64,000 nucleotides of DNA from Gammaproteobacteria bacterium CG11_big_fil_rev_8_21_14_0_20_46_22. Its GTDB lineage: Bacteria; Pseudomonadota; Gammaproteobacteria; UBA12402. The stretch is taken from assembly GCA_002796245.1 (NCBI GenBank), contig PCWT01000064.1, positions 19,822 through 83,821 of the forward strand, written 5' to 3'. This document shows positions 44,934 through 57,559 of the stretch, in pieces. Both the position numbers and the translations under genes were made by a program. The notes under the pieces are model-generated. The model did no database searches and was not told the origin of the DNA. It saw nothing but the letters and a program-made list of their open reading frames with translations. Every line of letters begins with the position of its first letter. The stretch's first letter is position 1.

Positions 44934-44967
44934 AGAGATTTATTCTCGATCATGGCCTTGTTTCTGC

Positions 44968-44996
44968 TTCACGCCTGAAAAAAGCTTTGATAGAAT
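44968..44996 (+). promoter_or_regulatory. Putative sigma70 promoter of the small coiled-coil gene
   Basis: TTCACG (44968-44973), a 17-nt spacer, then the extended -10 TGATAGAAT (hexamer at 44991-44996). Confidence 0.4.
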
Positions 44997-45030
44997 CCAG
45001 ACTTTAATGACCGATATGAGGGGAACAATA

Positions 45031-45219
45031 ATGTTAAATGAATTACAACGCTTAGAAGACAAAATCCTAGCCTTGGTCGACGAACTTGAAAAATTGCGTG
45101 GCGAAAACCAACAGCTTCGTGCTGAAAGCGGCGAGCTTAAACAGCAAAATACCAACGAAAGTGAAAAGCTGCGCGGTATCTTGAGTCTACTTGAAGGCGT
45201 GGAAACGCAAGGTGCTTAA
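45031..45219 (+). CDS. Small coiled-coil protein, ZapB-like
   Basis: 62 aa and entirely heptad-like (LQRLEDKILALVDELEKLRGENQQLRAE). A GAGGGG SD lies upstream. Confidence 0.45.
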   Translation: MLNELQRLEDKILALVDELEKLRGENQQLRAESGELKQQNTNESEKLRGILSLLEGVETQGA

Positions 45220-45274
45220 GCGCTGCTTCTCAAGAGAGTTCTATTTTTGGCAGGTTTCATGTTAGCATGCCTTT

Positions 45275-46402
45275 ATGGGCATGACACGTTACCAACAAGC
45301 TAAGCGTATCACCTTATGGGGCATTGTGATCAATGGCTTGTTAAGTGTGATCAAACTCATCGTCGGTTTTTTCGGGCATTCTCAAGCCCTGGTTGCTGAC
45401 GGTGTGCACTCCCTATCAGATTTATTCACCGACGCCATGGTGCTTTTGGCGACCCGCGCGGCCAATCAAGCGCCGGATGAGGCTCATCCCTATGGTCATG
45501 GGCGATTTGAAACGGTGGCGGCTGTCGGGCTTGCCATTGTTTTATTGTTCGTTGGTGTGGGTATTGGTGTTAGCGCCATAAAAAGCATGGTCACGGGCCA
45601 CGCTTTGCCTAAGCCTGATATGTGGGTGTTAATCGTTGCGCTTATTTCAGTGGTGGCCAATGAATTTTTGTTTCAAATCACACTGCGCGTGGCTAAACGA
45701 ATTCGCTCGGAATTGTTAAATGCCAATGCCTGGCATAATCGAGGTGATGCCTTGTCATCCTTGGTGGTGCTCATTGGTGCGCTGTTGTCGATTGTGGGAT
45801 TTCATTGGGGCGATGCGATTGCTGCAGTGATTGTGGCCGCTTTGATTGTTAAAATGGCGCTCGGGATGGTGTGGCGCAGTCTTCGTGAACTTGTGGATAC
45901 GGGTATCGACGATGAGCTTCGCGAGAAGATTTATCAAGCGGTTTTAAAGGTTAGCGGTGTGGCGGCTGTGCATCAGTTGAGAAGCCGCTTGCTAGCTGGC
46001 GAGGTTTATTTGGATTTACACGTGCAAGTTGCACCCCTGATTAGCGTGTCGGAAGGGCATTTTATTAGCGAAGAAGTGATGCGTATGCTGCGTGCGAAAT
46101 TTGATCACGTCAAAGATATCACGGTGCATATTGACCCAGAGGATGATAACGTCGCGCTTGCGACCAATGCAAGAATGCCTGATCGCAAGGTCGTTGAAGC
46201 CGTGTTGCATCAAGCTGACTCGAAGGCTTTTGCTCAAGTCTCGTACAGTGTGTTGCATTATTGGCATGGCGAGCTGTTTGTGGTGTGTATTTTAAAGCCG
46301 GATGCTGTTGTGGTTAATGAGAGCAGAGCCCGCTTTGAGGCGGCGCTGGCTAAATGTTACACACCTGTAAAAGTGGCTTTTTTATCAGAATCACGTCTTT
46401 AA
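45275..46402 (+). CDS. Cation diffusion facilitator family transporter with a C-terminal extension
   Basis: Contains [17 protein letters not shown] and HPYGHGRFE, six TM segments, a cytoplasmic domain, and about 80 extra residues. Confidence 0.88.
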   Translation: MGMTRYQQAKRITLWGIVINGLLSVIKLIVGFFGHSQALVADGVHSLSDLFTDAMVLLATRAANQAPDEAHPYGHGRFETVAAVGLAIVLLFVGVGIGVSAIKSMVTGHALPKPDMWVLIVALISVVANEFLFQITLRVAKRIRSELLNANAWHNRGDALSSLVVLIGALLSIVGFHWGDAIAAVIVAALIVKMALGMVWRSLRELVDTGIDDELREKIYQAVLKVSGVAAVHQLRSRLLAGEVYLDLHVQVAPLISVSEGHFISEEVMRMLRAKFDHVKDITVHIDPEDDNVALATNARMPDRKVVEAVLHQADSKAFAQVSYSVLHYWHGELFVVCILKPDAVVVNESRARFEAALAKCYTPVKVAFLSESRL

Positions 46403-46463
46403 AATCCCCTTGCATTTGGCTTTGGGCTTGCTACAGTATGCCTTTCCACTCAAGGGCAATTCC

Positions 46464-47870
46464 ATGATCAAAACTTTACTTTCCATGATTAAAGAGCATG
46501 AAGCTAAATACTTGGAGCTTCGTTTTTGTGATACTGTCGGTGTTGAGCACTTTTTATCAGTGCCAACCAACACTGTCGATGAAAACTTTATGGAGAATGT
46601 GAAGTTATTCGATGGTTCGTCTATTCGTGGTTGGCAAACCATCGATAAGTCCGACATGATGTTGCGCCCGGATTTAAGCACCGTCTTTTTAGACCCGTTC
46701 GCTAAACTGGCCACATTGGCTGTGCGCTGCGATGTGTTTGATCCTTATGCGAATAAGCCGTATCTGCGCGATCCACGTTCTATTGCGAAACGCGCTGAAG
46801 CGTATTTGAAACAAACCGGTATTGCCGATACGTGCTATGTGGGTCCTGAACCTGAATTTTTCATTTTTGATGATGTGCGCTGGCATGTGGGGATGGCCAC
46901 AGCATCTTATCAAATCGATAGCGAAGAGGGCGCTTGGAATTCGAATGCTGAATACTCTTATGGCAATATGGGGCATCGTCCAGGTGTGAAAGGCGGTTAT
47001 TTCCCTGTACCGCCGGTCGATTCTTCGCGCGACTTCCGCGCTGAAGTCTCAGAAGTAATGCAGCATTTTGGTATCACGATTGAATCACACCACCACGAAG
47101 TGGCCACTGCAAACCAAAACGAAATCACAATGGCATTCGATAGCCTGGTGAAAGAGGCGGATAACTTACAGTTGTTTAAATACGTGGTGCGCAATGTCGC
47201 CCATGAGAATGGCAAGTCAGCCACGTTTTTACCTAAGCCGCTCAATGGCGATAACGGCAGCGGTATGCACTGTCACCAATCGTTGGCCAAAGACGGCAAA
47301 AATATTTTCGCCGGCAAAGAGTACGATGGCTTGTCAAAAGAAGCCTTGTATTACATGGGCGGGATCATTAAACATGCTCGTGCTTTAAATGCTTTCACGA
47401 ATCCAACGACCAATAGTTACCGCCGTTTGATCGCCGGTTACGAGGCCCCAGTGGTATTGGCGTACTCGTCGGCAAACCGTTCTGCAGCGATTCGTATTCC
47501 GCGCGTGCATTCTGATAAAGCACGTCGTATCGAAGTCCGTTTCCCAGACCCTATGGCGAACCCTTACTTGGCGTTTTCTGCTTTGTTGATGGCAGGCTTA
47601 GATGGCATTAAAAACAAAATTCACCCAGGCGAAGCACAAGATGAAGATTTGTTTGCTTTAAGCAGTGAAGAGTTGAGCCAATGCCCGACAGTGTGTCGCT
47701 CGCTCGAGGAAGCCTTGGATGAATTGAATGCAGACCGTGAATTTTTGCTAGCGGGTGATGTGTTTACCAATGACATGATCGATGCCTACATCGCATTGAA
47801 ACGCGAAGAAGTGGATCGTGTGCGCATGGTGCCGAGTCCGCAAGAGTTTGCTGAGTACTATAGCCAGTAA
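46464..47870 (+). CDS. glnA: Type I glutamine synthetase
   Basis: Contains [45 protein letters not shown], and the adenylylation-loop region NPY. Confidence 0.96.
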   Translation: MIKTLLSMIKEHEAKYLELRFCDTVGVEHFLSVPTNTVDENFMENVKLFDGSSIRGWQTIDKSDMMLRPDLSTVFLDPFAKLATLAVRCDVFDPYANKPYLRDPRSIAKRAEAYLKQTGIADTCYVGPEPEFFIFDDVRWHVGMATASYQIDSEEGAWNSNAEYSYGNMGHRPGVKGGYFPVPPVDSSRDFRAEVSEVMQHFGITIESHHHEVATANQNEITMAFDSLVKEADNLQLFKYVVRNVAHENGKSATFLPKPLNGDNGSGMHCHQSLAKDGKNIFAGKEYDGLSKEALYYMGGIIKHARALNAFTNPTTNSYRRLIAGYEAPVVLAYSSANRSAAIRIPRVHSDKARRIEVRFPDPMANPYLAFSALLMAGLDGIKNKIHPGEAQDEDLFALSSEELSQCPTVCRSLEEALDELNADREFLLAGDVFTNDMIDAYIALKREEVDRVRMVPSPQEFAEYYSQ

Positions 47871-48016
47871 AGCACTCCAGATAGCTGCATTTATGACTCG
47901 CTGCCCAAAGCTTATGCTGGGGCAGCCTGTTCGCGCTCGCCTATTCCTTCGTCCAAGGCAGGCGCGTGAGTGAGCACCCTCTGGCGTTGTTTTAACGCCC
48001 ATCTGGGTTATCTTTG

Positions 48017-48475
48017 CTAGCTTCCGCAAAATTCCAATTGCCGCCAGGCTTCGTAAAGCACCAAGGCGGCGCAGTTTGAGAGGTTTAAGCTGCGCGTGCA
48101 AGATTGCATAGGGATGCGCAAGTTGGCTGTAGGCTGTATCGCTGCGATCATTTCATCGCTTAAGCCAGGGCCCTCTGATCCGAAAATAAACGTGTCACTC
48201 TCTTGAAAATGCACTTCGCTGTAGACCGTGTCGCCGTTGGTTTCGACAGTGAACAAACGTCCAGGTGGTTTTTTTAAAAACGCGTCTAAATTATCGTGGT
48301 GTTGCACGCGCGCAAATTCGTGGTAGTCAAGCCCTGCGCGCCGCAGTTGTTTGTCGCTAAATTCAAACGCTGCAGGATGAATAATGTGAAGATTTGCTCC
48401 GCTGTTGGCGCATAGGCGAATGATATTGCCTGTGTTGGGCGGTATTTCAGGCTGGACTAAGGCGATGTTAAACAT
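48017..48475 (-). CDS. trmL: tRNA (cytidine/uridine-2'-O)-methyltransferase TrmL
   Basis: MFNIALVQPEIPPNTGNIIRLCANSGANLHIIHP ... SLNLSNCAALVLYEAWRQL. This is near-colinear with E. coli TrmL. Confidence 0.93.
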   Translation of the reverse strand: MFNIALVQPEIPPNTGNIIRLCANSGANLHIIHPAAFEFSDKQLRRAGLDYHEFARVQHHDNLDAFLKKPPGRLFTVETNGDTVYSEVHFQESDTFIFGSEGPGLSDEMIAAIQPTANLRIPMQSCTRSLNLSNCAALVLYEAWRQLEFCGS

Positions 48476-49366
48476 TTAATTGTATAAATAGTACGGATTG
48501 TGGTACTGCAATGTTTGTTTGATCGTGTTCGGGTTGTCCAGTTCTGTGTTGCGCTTAATCAAGTACGCTTCATGTTGCAAATAAGCATCGCGTTGGAAAA
48601 CGTAAGGGTCGATGGCCGCGCTGTCGTACACATCTTGAAAGCCTAAAAGCTGCACGCGCTCGTCCAGCAAGTCCCAAGCATAGAGACCTAAGCTTGCATA
48701 CCAGGGGGTGATGTAGCCGTAGATCGTCATATAGCGAATGTTAATGGCGCCACCAATCATGCTTCTGACCGTACCGGGTCCGAACACGGGTAGTACAAAA
48801 TATGCCGAATCAGACCAGCCCCATTTAGCCAGCGTTAGGCCGAAGTCTTCTTCGTTTTGCATGAGGCCAATATCGTGAGCCGGATCGTACAAGCCTGCGA
48901 TACCCACGGTTGAGTTTACCGCAAAGCGCCAGCCGTCTGATGAGGCTTGGTAAAAGTTGCCTTGCAGTACATCGTTGATCACTGCTGGGATATTGCGCAG
49001 ATTCTCAAAGGCGTTGTGGATCATGTGGTTTAAAGGCTTTGGCATCACGCGGTCATAAAACGTAGCCACCGGTTTGGCGACGTATTTATCGAGCTTGGTA
49101 TTAAAGCGCGTCATTGAGCGATTGTACTGAATGTAAGGGTCGTTGACTTCGTGGGTTTGTTCTAGTGAATCATTATGCACAGTCACAGCCTCGGGTAGGT
49201 TGAAACCACCGGCGTAAGGATCCGCGGCGGCCGCTTCTACTGCGGCGTCACTGGTGTGTGCGGTTGACGTGGTGACTGCGGTTGTTGCAGGCGCTGGCGT
49301 CGCAGGGGTGTTTGCAAAAGCTGATAGGCTTAAACTTGTTAGAAAAATCAATCCAATGCGACGCAT
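48476..49366 (-). CDS. mlaA: MlaA/VacJ-family outer-membrane protein
   Basis: The core is NDPYIQYNRSMTRFNTKLDKYVAKPVATFY ... NLRNIPAVINDVLQGNF. It has a signal peptide, but the protein contains no Cys at all, so there is no lipobox. Confidence 0.88.
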   Translation of the reverse strand: MRRIGLIFLTSLSLSAFANTPATPAPATTAVTTSTAHTSDAAVEAAAADPYAGGFNLPEAVTVHNDSLEQTHEVNDPYIQYNRSMTRFNTKLDKYVAKPVATFYDRVMPKPLNHMIHNAFENLRNIPAVINDVLQGNFYQASSDGWRFAVNSTVGIAGLYDPAHDIGLMQNEEDFGLTLAKWGWSDSAYFVLPVFGPGTVRSMIGGAINIRYMTIYGYITPWYASLGLYAWDLLDERVQLLGFQDVYDSAAIDPYVFQRDAYLQHEAYLIKRNTELDNPNTIKQTLQYHNPYYLYN

Positions 49367-49400
49367 GTGTTCAGTCCCTTTAAAATGTCAAAACAGTCTA

Positions 49401-49892
49401 CTATTCAACGTAGGCTTTTTCAATAATCACGTCTTCAACGGGTACGTCGTCATGACCACGACGTGAAGTGGTGCTGACACCTTTGATGATGTCAACCACG
49501 TCCATGCCATCGGTTACGCGACCGAATACGCAGTAACCCCAGCCGTGCATGTCTTTGCTTTTGTGGTTCAAAAAGTCGTTGTCTTTGACGTTGATAAAAA
49601 ACTGTGCCGAGGCAGAGTGCGGGTCCATGGTGCGTGCCATGGCGAGTGTGCCGCGCAAGTTTTTGCCGCCTTTGTCGGCTTCATTTTCAATCAGTGATTT
49701 TGTGGATTTCTGTTCCATGCCAGGCTCAAAGCCGCCGCCTTGCACCATGAAGCCATCAATCACTCGATGGAAAATCGTGCCATTGTAAAAACCGTCTTTG
49801 ACATACTCTTCAAAGTTTTTAGCAGTGACGGGTGTGTTCTCGTGGTCGAGTTCGATTTTAAGGGTGCCTTTGTTGGTTTCGAAAATGATCAT
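49401..49892 (-). CDS. ppiB: Cytoplasmic cyclophilin-type peptidyl-prolyl isomerase
   Basis: Contains [33 protein letters not shown] and HGWGYCVFG. Confidence 0.95.
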   Translation of the reverse strand: MIIFETNKGTLKIELDHENTPVTAKNFEEYVKDGFYNGTIFHRVIDGFMVQGGGFEPGMEQKSTKSLIENEADKGGKNLRGTLAMARTMDPHSASAQFFINVKDNDFLNHKSKDMHGWGYCVFGRVTDGMDVVDIIKGVSTTSRRGHDDVPVEDVIIEKAYVE

Positions 49893-49966
49893 GGCTTGCT
49901 CCTGGTCGTTGGCCTGTTTAGAATGCGAAGCAGTGTAACAGCTCTTACGAGTTCTAGGAAGATTGA

Positions 49967-50737
49967 ATGAAAATCGCGAGTTGGAATGTGAACTCTCTCA
50001 ATGTTCGCCTGCCGCAGGTGTTGGATTGGTTAAAAGCCCATCAGCCGGATGTTTTGTGTCTACAAGAAACAAAAATAATTGATGAAAAATTTCCTCGTGA
50101 GGCGATTGAGGCGGCGGGCTATCACGTCTCGTTCACGGGCCAGAAAACCTACAATGGTGTGGCGACGCTGTCAAAACTGCCCGTGGATATGCTCGTGTTT
50201 GATTTACCGGATTTTGACGATGAGCAAAAGCGTTTTTTGGCCTGTACCATCGACGGCGTGCATGTGGTTAATGTGTATGTGCCCAATGGCAGTGAAGTGG
50301 GCTCGGATAAATATGATTACAAGCTAGCCTGGCTGCGTGGGCTTAAAGCCTATTTAACTAAAGCGCTTGAGCAGCATGATCGAGTTGTGGTTCTGGGGGA
50401 TTTCAATATCGCCCCCTACGATAACGATGTGTATGATCCTAAGAAGTGGCGTGATGTGGTCTTGGTGAGTGCGCCGGAGCGTGAGGCTTTGTACGCTTTA
50501 TTTGACCTGGGTTTTCACGATAGCTTTCGGCTTTTTGATCAGCCGGATGAGCGTTACAGTTGGTGGGATTATCGCACGCGCGCTTTCTCGGGTAATCGCG
50601 GCTTAAGAATTGACCTAATATTGGTCAGCGAGGCTTTGAAGTCGGCTTGTTCGGAGGCTTTTATTGATATTGAGCCGCGCCATCATGAGCGCCCCTCGGA
50701 TCATGCGCCTGTTGTTTTAAGGCTTGACTCAAAATAA
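49967..50737 (+). CDS. xthA: Exodeoxyribonuclease III
   Basis: Contains [28 protein letters not shown] and PSDHAPV. Confidence 0.95.
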   Translation: MKIASWNVNSLNVRLPQVLDWLKAHQPDVLCLQETKIIDEKFPREAIEAAGYHVSFTGQKTYNGVATLSKLPVDMLVFDLPDFDDEQKRFLACTIDGVHVVNVYVPNGSEVGSDKYDYKLAWLRGLKAYLTKALEQHDRVVVLGDFNIAPYDNDVYDPKKWRDVVLVSAPEREALYALFDLGFHDSFRLFDQPDERYSWWDYRTRAFSGNRGLRIDLILVSEALKSACSEAFIDIEPRHHERPSDHAPVVLRLDSK

Positions 50738-50782
50738 GCTTTTGGGTATGATCACGCCCATATTGAGAGAGGTATAACAACG

Positions 50783-51016
50783 ATGCGTGAAAATATTCAT
50801 CCAAAATACGAATCTATCAACGTTGCTTGCAGTTGTGGCAACACGTTTGAAACACGCTCTACTTGCGGTAAAGATGAGCTTCAAGTTGAAATCTGCTCTC
50901 AGTGTCACCCCTTCTACACAGGCAAGCAAAAAATTATTGATACAGCCGGTCGAGTTGATCGTTTCAATAAGAAATTTGCGGGCCTTGCTAAACGTAAAAC
51001 CAAAACTGCTGAATAA
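50783..51016 (+). CDS. rpmE: 50S ribosomal protein L31 (Zn-ribbon type A)
   Basis: [27 protein letters not shown] ... [13 protein letters not shown]. Confidence 0.96.
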   Translation: MRENIHPKYESINVACSCGNTFETRSTCGKDELQVEICSQCHPFYTGKQKIIDTAGRVDRFNKKFAGLAKRKTKTAE

Positions 51017-51115
51017 GCTGTTTTGCGCGCTGTCTAATCACGTAATGTATCAGGAAGTCATGGATCGACCTCGATTTTACATGGCCCTTTGGGCTTGTTA
51101 ACAGGAGTCACACGC

Positions 51116-52411
51116 ATGAATCGATATTCAAACTCAAGTACCTCTCGCTCGCGAGTCTATACCTGGCCTAAATACTACGGCTGGTTTGTCGTCGCTTTGG
51201 CCGCGTGTTTTTATTGTTACGAATACTTTCTGCGGATTTCGCCGAGTGTGATGTCTGATCAATTGCGCCAGGCATTTCACTTGGATGGCGCAGGCTTTGG
51301 TAATCTTGCCGATTTCTACTATTACATTTATACGCCATTGCAGTTTTTTGTCGGCATTTTGATGGACCGCTTTGGTCCCAGAAAGCTTTTGTCGCTGGCG
51401 TGCCTTTCTTGTGCCTTGGGTGCTTTTTTGTTTTCAGCGAGCCATGTGTTTGCTCTGGCCGCTTTGGGTCGTTTCTTGATTGGTTTTGGCTCGGCCTTTG
51501 CCTTTGTGGGCGCATTAAAAATCGCCACTATTTGGTTGCCTAAGAATCGTTTTGCAATGGTGTCTGGTGGTATCACAGCACTTGGCATGGTGGGTGCAAT
51601 GATTGGTGATGTCGGTTTAACGGCGCTCGTGGCTCATCAAGGCTGGCGTGGTACGATGGTCGATGCGGCAGTTGCGGGTCTCTGCTTGGCAGTGGTGTTA
51701 TTCATTTTTATTCATGATAAAGGTGATGAGCACAAGCGTAGTATGACGGAGAAGATGGAAGCGACCTTTCCGTATTTGTTGCGCGGTCTTCTGCATGCCT
51801 TAAGAAAGCCTAGGATGTGGCTCTATGGCATTATTGGTACCACTTTGTATATGTCGTTGACAGTCTTTGCTGAGCTATGGTCTATCCCTTATTATCATGT
51901 GGTTGAACGTATCAGCCCAATTCATGCGGCTTCGCTTAACACCGCCGTGTTTTTAGGTTGGGCGGTCGGCGGCCCAATTTTGGGTTTCCTTTCTGATCGT
52001 ATTCGTTCCCGTCAAAAGGTTTTGCTGATCAGCTCTGTTTTTGCTTTTTTTGTCAGCGTCTATTTGTTCGTGTTTCACCCGTATCTTAGTTATACGGCGA
52101 TGTACACCACGTTGTTTATTTTTGGCTTGTCGACCAGCGCTCAGGTCTTGGTATTTGCGGCCGGTAAAGAGCTTAATAGCGAGAAAATGGCCGGTACCTC
52201 TATCGCCTTGATTAATGGTTTTGTGATGATCGGTGGCTTGGTCTTCCAGCCCTTGATTGGCTGGATTTTGGACCTGGAGTGGCACGGCAAAATGGCCCAT
52301 GGCCTGCGTGTTTTCAGCGCCCATGACTACGAGCATGCTATGTTGGTGATACCTGTCTGCATGCTGATTTCAGTGGCATGCTGCTTATTTTTGAAGCGCG
52401 ACCGAATATAA
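51116..52411 (+). CDS. MFS transporter
   Basis: 12-TM layout with the motif GILMDRFGPRKLL. The ATG at 51116 has an AGGAG SD. Confidence 0.8.
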   Translation: MNRYSNSSTSRSRVYTWPKYYGWFVVALAACFYCYEYFLRISPSVMSDQLRQAFHLDGAGFGNLADFYYYIYTPLQFFVGILMDRFGPRKLLSLACLSCALGAFLFSASHVFALAALGRFLIGFGSAFAFVGALKIATIWLPKNRFAMVSGGITALGMVGAMIGDVGLTALVAHQGWRGTMVDAAVAGLCLAVVLFIFIHDKGDEHKRSMTEKMEATFPYLLRGLLHALRKPRMWLYGIIGTTLYMSLTVFAELWSIPYYHVVERISPIHAASLNTAVFLGWAVGGPILGFLSDRIRSRQKVLLISSVFAFFVSVYLFVFHPYLSYTAMYTTLFIFGLSTSAQVLVFAAGKELNSEKMAGTSIALINGFVMIGGLVFQPLIGWILDLEWHGKMAHGLRVFSAHDYEHAMLVIPVCMLISVACCLFLKRDRI

Positions 52412-52482
52412 GCGCTTTTTTCACCTAAAAGCCTTCAAAGACAGTGGTTTTATTTCAGGGTTTTGTGTTACCATTTTCCTCC

Positions 52483-52507
52483 ACGCGGTGCAAAGGGGCC
52501 GCGTTTT
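52483..52507 (+). terminator. Putative intrinsic terminator upstream of hfq
   Basis: Stem ACGCGG / CCGCGT with a 10-nt loop, followed by TTTT. Confidence 0.4.
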
Positions 52508-52544
52508 AGCAATCATAAGATAAAAGCGTAAAGGAGTAAGAATA

Positions 52545-52778
52545 ATGAATAAAGGGGGTGGTGCTTCCATTCAAGATCCATTCTTGAATGCGTTGCGCAA
52601 AGAAGGCGTTGGCGTTGCCATTTACTTGGTTAACGGTATCAAATTACAAGGACAAGTAGAGTCTTTTGACCAATACGTGGTTTTCTTGAAAAACAATGTG
52701 ACTCAAATGGTTTACAAGCACGCGATTTCCACGATTGTGCCGTCGCAAAATGTGTATGTACCTGAGCATGTTGAATAA
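52545..52778 (+). CDS. hfq: RNA chaperone Hfq
   Basis: [59 protein letters not shown]. Confidence 0.97.
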   Translation: MNKGGGASIQDPFLNALRKEGVGVAIYLVNGIKLQGQVESFDQYVVFLKNNVTQMVYKHAISTIVPSQNVYVPEHVE

Positions 52779-52797
52779 ACCAAAAGGTTTTTAGCGA

Positions 52798-54054
52798 TTG
52801 TTCGATCGTCCAGATGCAGGTGAGCGAGTTCTGATTGTTCACCTGCAATTATCCCACGCCGTTTCCGGCGATTTATCAGAGTGTAAAATTTTAGCCGAAT
52901 CAGCTGGCGCTACCGTTTTAGGTGAAATTACCGGTCGGCGTGATCGTCCTGACCCCAAGTTTTTTATCGGTTCAGGCAAGGTGAAGGAAATTGCAGAAGT
53001 GATCGAGGCGCAAAATATTGACCTTGTGATTTTTGATCATCCTCTAAGCCCTGCGCAAGAGCGCAACTTGGAGCGTGAGCTTAAATGCCGTGTCTTGGAT
53101 CGCGCGGGTTTGATTCTGGATATTTTTGCTCAGCGTGCACGCACCCATGAGGGTAAGCTGCAAGTTGAGTTGGCGCAGCTGCAGCATTTGTCCACACGCT
53201 TGGTACGAGGTTGGACGCATCTTGAGCGCCAAAAGGGCGGGATTGGTTTGCGTGGCCCCGGTGAAACCCAGCTTGAAACCGATCGTCGCTTGCTGCGTGA
53301 TCGAATTAAAATGATCCAGCGAAAGCTTGAGAAGGTCAGAATGCAGCGTGCGCAAAGTCGTCGCCTGCGCGAGCGAGCGGCTACACCTACGGTGGCGTTT
53401 GTGGGCTACACCAATGCCGGTAAATCCACTTTGTTTAATCGACTCACGGCATCGGATGTTTATGCGGCAGACCAGCTCTTTGCAACCTTAGACCCAACGC
53501 TTAGGCGCTTGAAGTTGCCGCATTTGGGCGAGGTGGTCTTAGCTGACACGGTGGGCTTTATTCGCCACTTACCCCATGACTTGGTGGAGGCCTTCAAGGC
53601 AACCTTAGAAGAGGCAGCCAGTGCTGATCTCTTGGTTCATGTGGTTGACAGCGCGCGCGCAGACTTTTACGACATGGTGGACACGGTGCATGACGTGCTC
53701 AAGCAAATAGGTGCTGATCAAGTGCCCGAGTTGATGGTCATGAATAAAATTGATTTGACGGGTGAGGGCGTGCACGCCGTTCGAAACCATGCGGGTGATC
53801 TGGATAAGGTTTGGTTGTCTGCTGTGACGGGTGAAGGTATTGATTTGTTGAAGCGCACGATGGCAGAGCGTTTGTCGGCGCACATTATTCACGCCTGCCT
53901 TCGCTTGCAGCCGAGTGAAGCGGCCATTCGTGCTAAATTGTTTGAGTTCGGTGCCGTTCAAAGTGAGACGATTGCAGCCAATGGCGACAGCCTTTTGGAG
54001 CTGCGCCTTAACAGTGAACAGTGGCGGCTTGTGTTTGCAGGGCTAAGTCGATAA
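52798..54054 (+). CDS. hflX: GTPase HflX
   Basis: TTG start. Contains FDRPDAGERVLIVHL, the G domain GYTNAGKSTLFN, DTVGF and NKID. Confidence 0.94.
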   Translation: MFDRPDAGERVLIVHLQLSHAVSGDLSECKILAESAGATVLGEITGRRDRPDPKFFIGSGKVKEIAEVIEAQNIDLVIFDHPLSPAQERNLERELKCRVLDRAGLILDIFAQRARTHEGKLQVELAQLQHLSTRLVRGWTHLERQKGGIGLRGPGETQLETDRRLLRDRIKMIQRKLEKVRMQRAQSRRLRERAATPTVAFVGYTNAGKSTLFNRLTASDVYAADQLFATLDPTLRRLKLPHLGEVVLADTVGFIRHLPHDLVEAFKATLEEAASADLLVHVVDSARADFYDMVDTVHDVLKQIGADQVPELMVMNKIDLTGEGVHAVRNHAGDLDKVWLSAVTGEGIDLLKRTMAERLSAHIIHACLRLQPSEAAIRAKLFEFGAVQSETIAANGDSLLELRLNSEQWRLVFAGLSR

Positions 54055-55371
<1,317 letters not shown>

Positions 55372-55373
55372 GC

Positions 55374-57425
55374 ATGTCCGGGCGTTTGTGGCAACAACCC
55401 CTCCGGCAGTTTAAGGGGGTTGGCGATGCACTAGCCAAGCGTTTCGCCCAGCACGGTTTGCACACTTACTGGGATTTATTATTAGAGCTTCCCCTGCGCT
55501 ACCAAGATCGCACGCGAGTCAGTGCAATTTCACGCTTGCAAGACCAAAACTTCGCGCTTGTTAGGGGCAAAGTCACCCATGCGGAAGTTTCAGGGTTTCG
55601 TAAAAAAATGTTCTTGGTGTATATTGCTGACGCATCCGGTCAAATGCTATTACGTTTTTTTCGTTTCTACCCAAGTCAGGTTCAACAATTTCAAGTGGGC
55701 TCTTATGTGCAGTGTGTGGGTGATGTTAAGCGTGTGGGCTTTCAGTTTGAGATGATTCATCCGGAGTATCAGTTTTTTGATCCAGATGCTCCGCCTGAAT
55801 TATTCAAGTCATTAACGCCGCTCTATTCTTCGCATAAAGGCGTTCCCGCGAATCTGCTGCGTCAGTTAATTGAAAGCGTTGTTTTGTCGCTTCCTGAGTC
55901 TGATGAGTTGCCTGAAACGTTTAGGTCAGCTTATGGGTTAGGTGATCTTTATGATTTGTTCAGGCAAGCCCATAAGCCATTAGTCGGTATTGATAAAGCT
56001 TCATGTGATCGTTTACGTTATCGTTTGGCCTTTGAAGAGCTTCTGGCACATCAGCTAACCTTAAACAGTTGGCGTGCTGAGTATCAAGCTTTTCCGGCTA
56101 AAGCTTATGCGCCTGATGAGTCCATGCAAAAAGCTTTTTTGTCGCAATTAGCGTTTAGTTTAACGGCTGCACAGCAGCGTGTGCTTACTGAAATACACGG
56201 TGATTTGCTGCGTGAGTGTGCGATGATGCGTTTGGTCCAAGGTGATGTGGGCTCGGGTAAAACCGTGGTCGCAGCTCTCAGCGCATTGCCGGTATTGGCG
56301 GCAGGTGATCAGGTTGCGCTCATGGCGCCCACTGAGATTCTTGCTGAGCAGCATGTGCAAAAGTTTCAAGTGTGGTTTGAGGCATTGGGTTATCGCGTGG
56401 CTTTCTTAGCCTCTAAGCTCACGGCTAAACATAAGCGTGAGCAGCTTGCCGCGATTGAATTGGGTGAGGTTGATTGGGTGATAGGTACGCATGCTTTATT
56501 TCAAGATTCAGTTGCCTTCAAATCTTTGGGCTTGGTGATTATCGATGAGCAACATCGCTTTGGCGTTCATCAGCGTTTGTTGTTGCGGGATAAGGGTGCG
56601 CGCGAGGGGCGGGTGCCTCACCAGCTTATTATGACGGCCACACCGATACCGCGCACATTGGCGATGTGCGCCTACGCGGACTTGGATCAATCGATTATTG
56701 ATGAGCTGCCACCTGGGCGAAAGCCGATTAAAACCGTGGTGCTGGATGAGCAAAAGCGTGATGAGCTTGTTGTGCGTATTCGCTCGATTGTTGAAAGAGG
56801 GCGGCAGGTGTACTGGGTGTGTACATTGATCGAAGCTTCTGAAGTCTTGGAGTGTCAGGCAGCACAAGATCGCTTTGTGGCTTTGTCTGAAAGCTTGCCG
56901 GATTTGCGATTGGCTTTGTTGCATGGCCGTATGAAGCCTGCTGAGAAAGCGAATATCATGGCTGATTTTGTGCGCGGCGAGGTTGATGTTTTGGTGGCAA
57001 CCAGTGTGATTGAGGTGGGTGTGGATGTCCCGAATGCCTGCTTGATGATCATTGAAAATGCTGAGCGCTTAGGGCTTTCTCAGCTTCACCAGCTTCGTGG
57101 TCGTATTGGTCGAGGTGCGCACGAGAGTTTTTGCGTGCTTTTGTATAAAGCGCCATTGGGGAAAATCGCGAAGTCGCGTTTGCGCGTCATGCGTGAAACA
57201 CAGGATGGTTTTAAGGTCGCTGAAGAAGATTTAAAACTTCGTGGACCAGGTGAAATGCTAGGCACTCGCCAGGCGGGTGAGGTGGGTTTCCGTTTTGCCG
57301 ACATTGAAACGCATGAGGATTTGCTTTCTGATATGCCATTGATTGCCAGCCGTTTAGACAGTGACTCGGCTGCTTTATTGCTTGATCGCTGGCAAAGCGA
57401 TAAAGCGAAATATGCTTCAGTTTAG
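55374..57425 (+). CDS. recG: ATP-dependent DNA helicase RecG
   Basis: Wedge domain, GDVGSGKT, DEQHRFG, TATPIPRT, and LHGRMK ... QLRGRIGRG. Confidence 0.95.
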   Translation: MSGRLWQQPLRQFKGVGDALAKRFAQHGLHTYWDLLLELPLRYQDRTRVSAISRLQDQNFALVRGKVTHAEVSGFRKKMFLVYIADASGQMLLRFFRFYPSQVQQFQVGSYVQCVGDVKRVGFQFEMIHPEYQFFDPDAPPELFKSLTPLYSSHKGVPANLLRQLIESVVLSLPESDELPETFRSAYGLGDLYDLFRQAHKPLVGIDKASCDRLRYRLAFEELLAHQLTLNSWRAEYQAFPAKAYAPDESMQKAFLSQLAFSLTAAQQRVLTEIHGDLLRECAMMRLVQGDVGSGKTVVAALSALPVLAAGDQVALMAPTEILAEQHVQKFQVWFEALGYRVAFLASKLTAKHKREQLAAIELGEVDWVIGTHALFQDSVAFKSLGLVIIDEQHRFGVHQRLLLRDKGAREGRVPHQLIMTATPIPRTLAMCAYADLDQSIIDELPPGRKPIKTVVLDEQKRDELVVRIRSIVERGRQVYWVCTLIEASEVLECQAAQDRFVALSESLPDLRLALLHGRMKPAEKANIMADFVRGEVDVLVATSVIEVGVDVPNACLMIIENAERLGLSQLHQLRGRIGRGAHESFCVLLYKAPLGKIAKSRLRVMRETQDGFKVAEEDLKLRGPGEMLGTRQAGEVGFRFADIETHEDLLSDMPLIASRLDSDSAALLLDRWQSDKAKYASV

Positions 57426-57559
57426 AGTATGATATCTTCCTCAAAAAAACGCTTCTGATTTTTTCGATAACATTCTGTATTTGATTGTTGAGCTTAAGCC
57501 AGTAAGCTAAATTTATATTCTTCTTTCTAAGCAAAGGTCATGCGAATGACAAGCAGCAA

